In this document: positions 7,215 through 10,486 of the stretch, one piece after another
How positions within the stretch are numbered: the stretch's first letter is position 1
How the letters are laid out: each line of letters begins with the position of its first letter
NCBI GenBank assembly: GCA_964452145.1
Contig: CAYVLA010000117.1
Coordinates: 1-10,486, forward strand
Length of the DNA: 10,486 nucleotides
Origin: Candidatus Hadarchaeota archaeon
GTDB lineage: Archaea > CAYQAE01 > CAYVLA01
Direction: 5' to 3'
Program-made: the position numbers and the translations under genes
The notes under the pieces: generated by a model
Databases searched by the model: none
What the model saw: the letters and a program-made list of their open reading frames with translations, nothing else
What the model was told of the DNA's origin: nothing

Positions 7215-7230
7215 CCGAAAGATTAATAAG
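7215..7230 (+). promoter_or_regulatory. BRE/TATA-like promoter CCGAAAGATTAATAAG for the second FUN14 gene (probably leaderless)
   Basis: TTAATAAG lies 24-31 nt upstream of ATG 7254 and shares the CCGAAA-nATTA arrangement with the copy A promoter. Confidence 0.65.
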
Positions 7231-7253
7231 CCAAGCGCAATTTTCTGCCAGAT

Positions 7254-7556
7254 ATGTCAACTGTAATGTCGTATCTCCCCATCGTAGGCGGTTGGGGAAT
7301 CGTCGGATTCGGGGTAGGCTTTGCGGTCAAGAGGATCGGCAAGTTCCTGCTGGTCGTTGCAGGGGCATACTTGGCCACCCTGCTCTACCTGAACCATTCC
7401 GGATTCATCACGATCAACACGGACCTCGGAACACTGGCAGACCGTTTCGCTGAGTTCCTGACCCAGCGGGTGGGGTCGTTTTGGACGACAGCCGCAGTAT
7501 CGATCCCCGTCCTGGGTGCGTTTGCTGCGGGCATGTTCTTGGGGGCAAGGAGATAG
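7254..7556 (+). CDS. FUN14-family small membrane protein (copy B)
   Basis: Same pattern as copy A; about 54 of 101 positions identical by manual alignment. Confidence 0.85.
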   Translation: MSTVMSYLPIVGGWGIVGFGVGFAVKRIGKFLLVVAGAYLATLLYLNHSGFITINTDLGTLADRFAEFLTQRVGSFWTTAAVSIPVLGAFAAGMFLGARR

Positions 7557-7559
7557 GCG

Positions 7560-7682
7560 ATGGACCGCGTGTGCGCCATGTGTGCAAGGTCGATCGACGA
7601 GCATTTCAAGATGCAGGGCATTGCAGGGGATAAGCTATTTGAACGGAAGATGGGCCACCCCGAGCGTAGGAGTTCATTCTGA
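7560..7682 (+). CDS. Small 40-aa CxxC peptide MDRVCAMCARSIDEHFKMQGIAGDKLFERKMGHPERRSSF (not in the ORF track)
   Basis: ATG 3 nt after the FUN14-B stop, AAGGAG at 7547-7552, and its TGA overlaps the next ATG (TGATG). It fills the gap between two genes exactly. Confidence 0.55.
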   Translation: MDRVCAMCARSIDEHFKMQGIAGDKLFERKMGHPERRSSF

Positions 7683-7948
7683 TGCGAGATCTGCACTCGG
7701 ATTCCTTTGAAGACACCGATCTTAGGTACGCCTGTCCGAGCTGCCGCCGGATCTTCGCTCGGCCCCCGGCGGACTGGGCGTGTCCCACCTGCAAGGAAAC
7801 GTTGCGCATCTTCGGAGCACTCCGCCTCAGGGACAGGCGACGAGGATCAACCGAGGAGGAGGACGGGGGGGACGATGCCCTCGTCTACGAAGAGGAGGAG
7901 CCCGAGGACGGTTACGAATCTGCCGAGGATTCCGAAGACCTCGAGTAA
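7682..7948 (+). CDS. Small zinc-ribbon protein (CPSC-x12-CPTC) with a basic patch and an acidic C-terminal tail, 88 aa
   Basis: Two CPxC motifs, then RLRDRRR, then 18 D/E in the last 31 residues. AGGAG lies upstream and the start is coupled to the preceding stop. Confidence 0.7.
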   Translation: MRDLHSDSFEDTDLRYACPSCRRIFARPPADWACPTCKETLRIFGALRLRDRRRGSTEEEDGGDDALVYEEEEPEDGYESAEDSEDLE

Positions 7949-7972
7949 TCGCATCGCCAGCCCCGTGAGGTT

Positions 7973-10486
7973 TCAGTGCACCTTAGTGGTCCAGTCCATG
8001 GCATTCTGGAACATGTGAAGCCAGGGGGACGCTTCGAGGGACTCGGATAGATCCTCGGGCATGTAGCCCCACTGCCATTTCAGAAAGGCCCTCTCCGGAT
8101 GGGGCATCATGGCAAGGTGCCTTCCATCTGGTGAGCACAACCCCGCGATCCCAAGGGGCGAGCCATTCGGGTTGAATGGATAAGCCTCCGTCACCTTCCA
8201 CTCGTCGTCGACGTATCTCACCGGTGCTAGGTTGCTCTCCTCCACCTTCCCCATGATGGAGGACTCCGGGAAGAATGCCCGGCCTTCTCCATGGGCAACC
8301 CATATCCCCAGGACCGAATCCTCCATGTCTGTCAGCATGATCGCCGGGCTCCTCAGGATACGCACGGAGAGGAACCGGGATTCGAATCTTCCCGACTTGT
8401 TCCTGATGAATCGGGGCTGTGCCTCTCCCGGAATGCCGGTCCAGGGCACCCATCCCAGCAATGCCATGAGTTGGCAGCCATTGCAGATGCCGAGGCTGAA
8501 AGTATCCGGCCTGGCGTAGAACTCCTGGAACTGGGTCCACAGGCCTACATTGAACCTGATCAGAGCCGCCCAGCCCTTGGCGGAGTCAAGAACGTCGGCA
8601 TAGCTAAACCCACCGACGAAGACCAGGCCTTTGAATCCCTCCAGCGTTATCCTGCCTTCCAGTAGGTCGGTCATGGTCACGTCCCAGGGCTCAAACCCGG
8701 CCAGGTAGAAGGCGGATGTCATCTCGCGGTCGCCGTTGCTTCCCTCCTCCCTGATCACCGCAATCCTCGGCTTCTTCATGGAGCTCAGAAGCCTATGAGG
8801 GGTCGGCCTTGGCTTGAAGTTGACCTTGAAGCTCTGCCCCCGCCTGAGATGCAAGCCGCTCCGTTCCTCTTCGACGCACTCGGGGCTGGCTTGGAGCCTC
8901 TCAAGGCGGAAGCTTGTCTCCTCCCACAGATCTCGAAGGCGTGGCATCTCCTCTTCCAGCACGGTTCGGCCATTGTACCGCGCCACTATGCCCTGCTCCG
9001 CGGTGCGGCCGATGGATTGCCAAGGAACACCCAGTCTGTTCAAGATCCTGCCGACCTGGGCCTCGTTCTCAGGAAGCACTTCGAGAACCAGTCCAAGTTC
9101 CTCTGAGAAGAGGGCCTGGAGAGGGCCTGAGGCTCCGTCAGGCCCCGACAGGTCTATCTCGAAGCCGCAGTTCCCGGCAAATGCCATCTCCAGCAGGGTC
9201 GTGATGAGGCCGCCATCGCTGCGATCGTGCCCGGCAGTGATCAGCCCTTTCCGTATGAGTTCTTGAACCGCGTTGAACGTTCGTCTGAGGGTATCCGGGT
9301 CCTCAACATCCGGGCTGACGTCTCCGACCTGCCCGAATGCATGGGCCAATGCCGATCCGCCTAGTCGGTTCAGCCCATTTCCGAGATCGATGTAGAGGAG
9401 GTTGCTCTTCCCGGGGTGCTTGATGTCGGGGGTTACCGTCTTGGTGATGTCAGGACACGTCACATAAGCCGATATGGTGAGGGATCCCGGGGCCTTCACG
9501 GTCTCGGCTCTGCCCGAGGTGGATGGTACTTGGGCAGCCATGGATAGGCTGTCCTTTCCCCCGTCAATGGCTATCCCGAGCCTGACCATGAGCTGGTTGA
9601 GGGCCACCGCTGCATCGTACAGTGCAGCACCTTCCCCGGGCAACTTGGCGGCCCACATCCAGTTCGCCGAACACTTGACATGCTCTAACGACGATACCTG
9701 AGCCCAGACCAGATTCGTCAGGGCCTCTCCGACGCTCATCCTGGCCATCGCGGCCGGGTCGATGAGGCCCTTGATCGGCTCTTCCCCTATGGAGATGGCG
9801 GCCCCCGTGGTGGCGAAGTGGCTCTGGGCAACCACGGCAACATCGGAGACGGTGAGCTGAAGGGGACCGGCGCACTGCTGGCGGGCAACCAGGCCGGTAA
9901 CGCTGCGATCCACCTTGTTGGTGAGGAAACGCTTGGATCCCACGGATACCAGGCGCAGCACCCTCTCCAGGGCCTCCACGACGGTCACGCCGGGCGGGAG
10001 TTGAAGCGGTTCAAGCCTTCTTCTCGTTCGCCGGAGTTCGAAGATCTTTCTGGGCATCTTGCCCAGAACCTTCTCCAAGTCCAGGTTGACGGGGGTGGAG
10101 CCGTCACGTTCGTCGTGCAGGACTATCCTGCCGTCGCCCGTGATCTCGCCTATGACGGAGACCGGGACCTTCTCTCGGCGGCACAGTTCCTTGAAGACGG
10201 CCTCATCTTCGGCTCTGAGGAGGAGGGCGTCGTTCTCCTGGTACTCCGCGCCCCAGATCTCCAATACGGAGAGAGTCTCATCGCCAACGAGTATGCGGCG
10301 AATCTCTATCTTGGCCCCGGCGGGGTAGACTATCTCTTTGACCACATTGCAGTTCCCGCCTGCTCCCTGATCGTGGATGGTGACGATTGGGTTGTGGTCT
10401 CCGAGCTCCACGCAGGCCCGGATCACCCGGTTCACCTTCTGTTCCATCTCGGCGTCTCCGCGCTGAACCGCGTTGAAGTCCAGTTC
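7973..10486 (-). CDS. purL: Phosphoribosylformylglycinamidine synthase, large fused type with C-terminal glutaminase domain; 5'-partial
   Basis: Frame is open to the window edge (ELDFNAVQRGDAEMEQK). Motifs IHDQGAGG, EYQEN, GSKRFLTNKVDRSVTG, DGGKDSLSM and HDRSDGG, then glutaminase motifs REEGSNGDREM, GGFSYADVLDSAKGW, LGICNGCQ and MMPHPER. Confidence 0.96.
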   Translation of the reverse strand, partial: ELDFNAVQRGDAEMEQKVNRVIRACVELGDHNPIVTIHDQGAGGNCNVVKEIVYPAGAKIEIRRILVGDETLSVLEIWGAEYQENDALLLRAEDEAVFKELCRREKVPVSVIGEITGDGRIVLHDERDGSTPVNLDLEKVLGKMPRKIFELRRTRRRLEPLQLPPGVTVVEALERVLRLVSVGSKRFLTNKVDRSVTGLVARQQCAGPLQLTVSDVAVVAQSHFATTGAAISIGEEPIKGLIDPAAMARMSVGEALTNLVWAQVSSLEHVKCSANWMWAAKLPGEGAALYDAAVALNQLMVRLGIAIDGGKDSLSMAAQVPSTSGRAETVKAPGSLTISAYVTCPDITKTVTPDIKHPGKSNLLYIDLGNGLNRLGGSALAHAFGQVGDVSPDVEDPDTLRRTFNAVQELIRKGLITAGHDRSDGGLITTLLEMAFAGNCGFEIDLSGPDGASGPLQALFSEELGLVLEVLPENEAQVGRILNRLGVPWQSIGRTAEQGIVARYNGRTVLEEEMPRLRDLWEETSFRLERLQASPECVEEERSGLHLRRGQSFKVNFKPRPTPHRLLSSMKKPRIAVIREEGSNGDREMTSAFYLAGFEPWDVTMTDLLEGRITLEGFKGLVFVGGFSYADVLDSAKGWAALIRFNVGLWTQFQEFYARPDTFSLGICNGCQLMALLGWVPWTGIPGEAQPRFIRNKSGRFESRFLSVRILRSPAIMLTDMEDSVLGIWVAHGEGRAFFPESSIMGKVEESNLAPVRYVDDEWKVTEAYPFNPNGSPLGIAGLCSPDGRHLAMMPHPERAFLKWQWGYMPEDLSESLEASPWLHMFQNAMDWTTKVH

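Noticed and set aside
7554..7562. FUN14-B TAG is in frame with the CxxC peptide (TAG GCG ATG), so amber or pyrrolysine read-through would give a 142-aa fusion
   Set aside because: TAG ends 6 of the 12 called genes here, mostly at family-typical C-termini, and the peptide has its own SD and ATG. In-frame adjacency occurs one time in three by chance.
7516..7710. 64-aa ORF as the gene filling the gap after FUN14-B
   Set aside because: It overlaps both neighbours; the 7560-7682 frame fits better with an SD and stop-start coupling.
7907..7945. Tail DGYESAEDSEDL resembles my recollection of the acidic N-terminus of human FUNDC1 before its LIR motif
   Set aside because: Low-complexity acidic match with no YxxL core at the equivalent position; most likely coincidence.
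7983..10328. Multiple alternative-frame and antisense ORFs inside purL
   Set aside because: Shadow ORFs of a highly conserved gene.
1..10486. CRISPR arrays, tRNA/rRNA genes, IS elements and inteins
   Set aside because: No regularly spaced repeats, cloverleaf, transposase or intein motifs were seen by eye, and the intergenic gaps are all under 200 nt.

Overview
GC-rich archaeal chromosomal segment of mostly housekeeping or cofactor-related genes, with no mobile element, CRISPR array or RNA gene that I can support. Archaeal origin is inferred from RaSEA, archaeal-type PyrH and PhoU, and BRE/TATA-like promoters. Left to right: a probably 5'-truncated AIR-synthase-related (PurM/HypE-like) gene (+); a leftward operon of an AsnB-like amide synthetase with a degenerate glutaminase domain, a chorismate pyruvate-lyase-like gene (ATGA-coupled) and a PHP phosphoesterase; divergently, the archaeosine radical SAM enzyme RaSEA and an AbrB-PhoU regulator that seems to start at CTG; UMP kinase (-); two tandem FUN14-family membrane proteins followed by a 40-aa CxxC peptide absent from the ORF track and an 88-aa zinc-ribbon protein with an acidic tail; and the C-terminal part of a large fused-type PurL (-), atypical for archaea. 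The best leads are the AsnB-like/chorismate lyase/PHP operon and the FUN14-FUN14-CxxC-zinc-ribbon cluster. All family assignments come from recalled motifs, not database searches.
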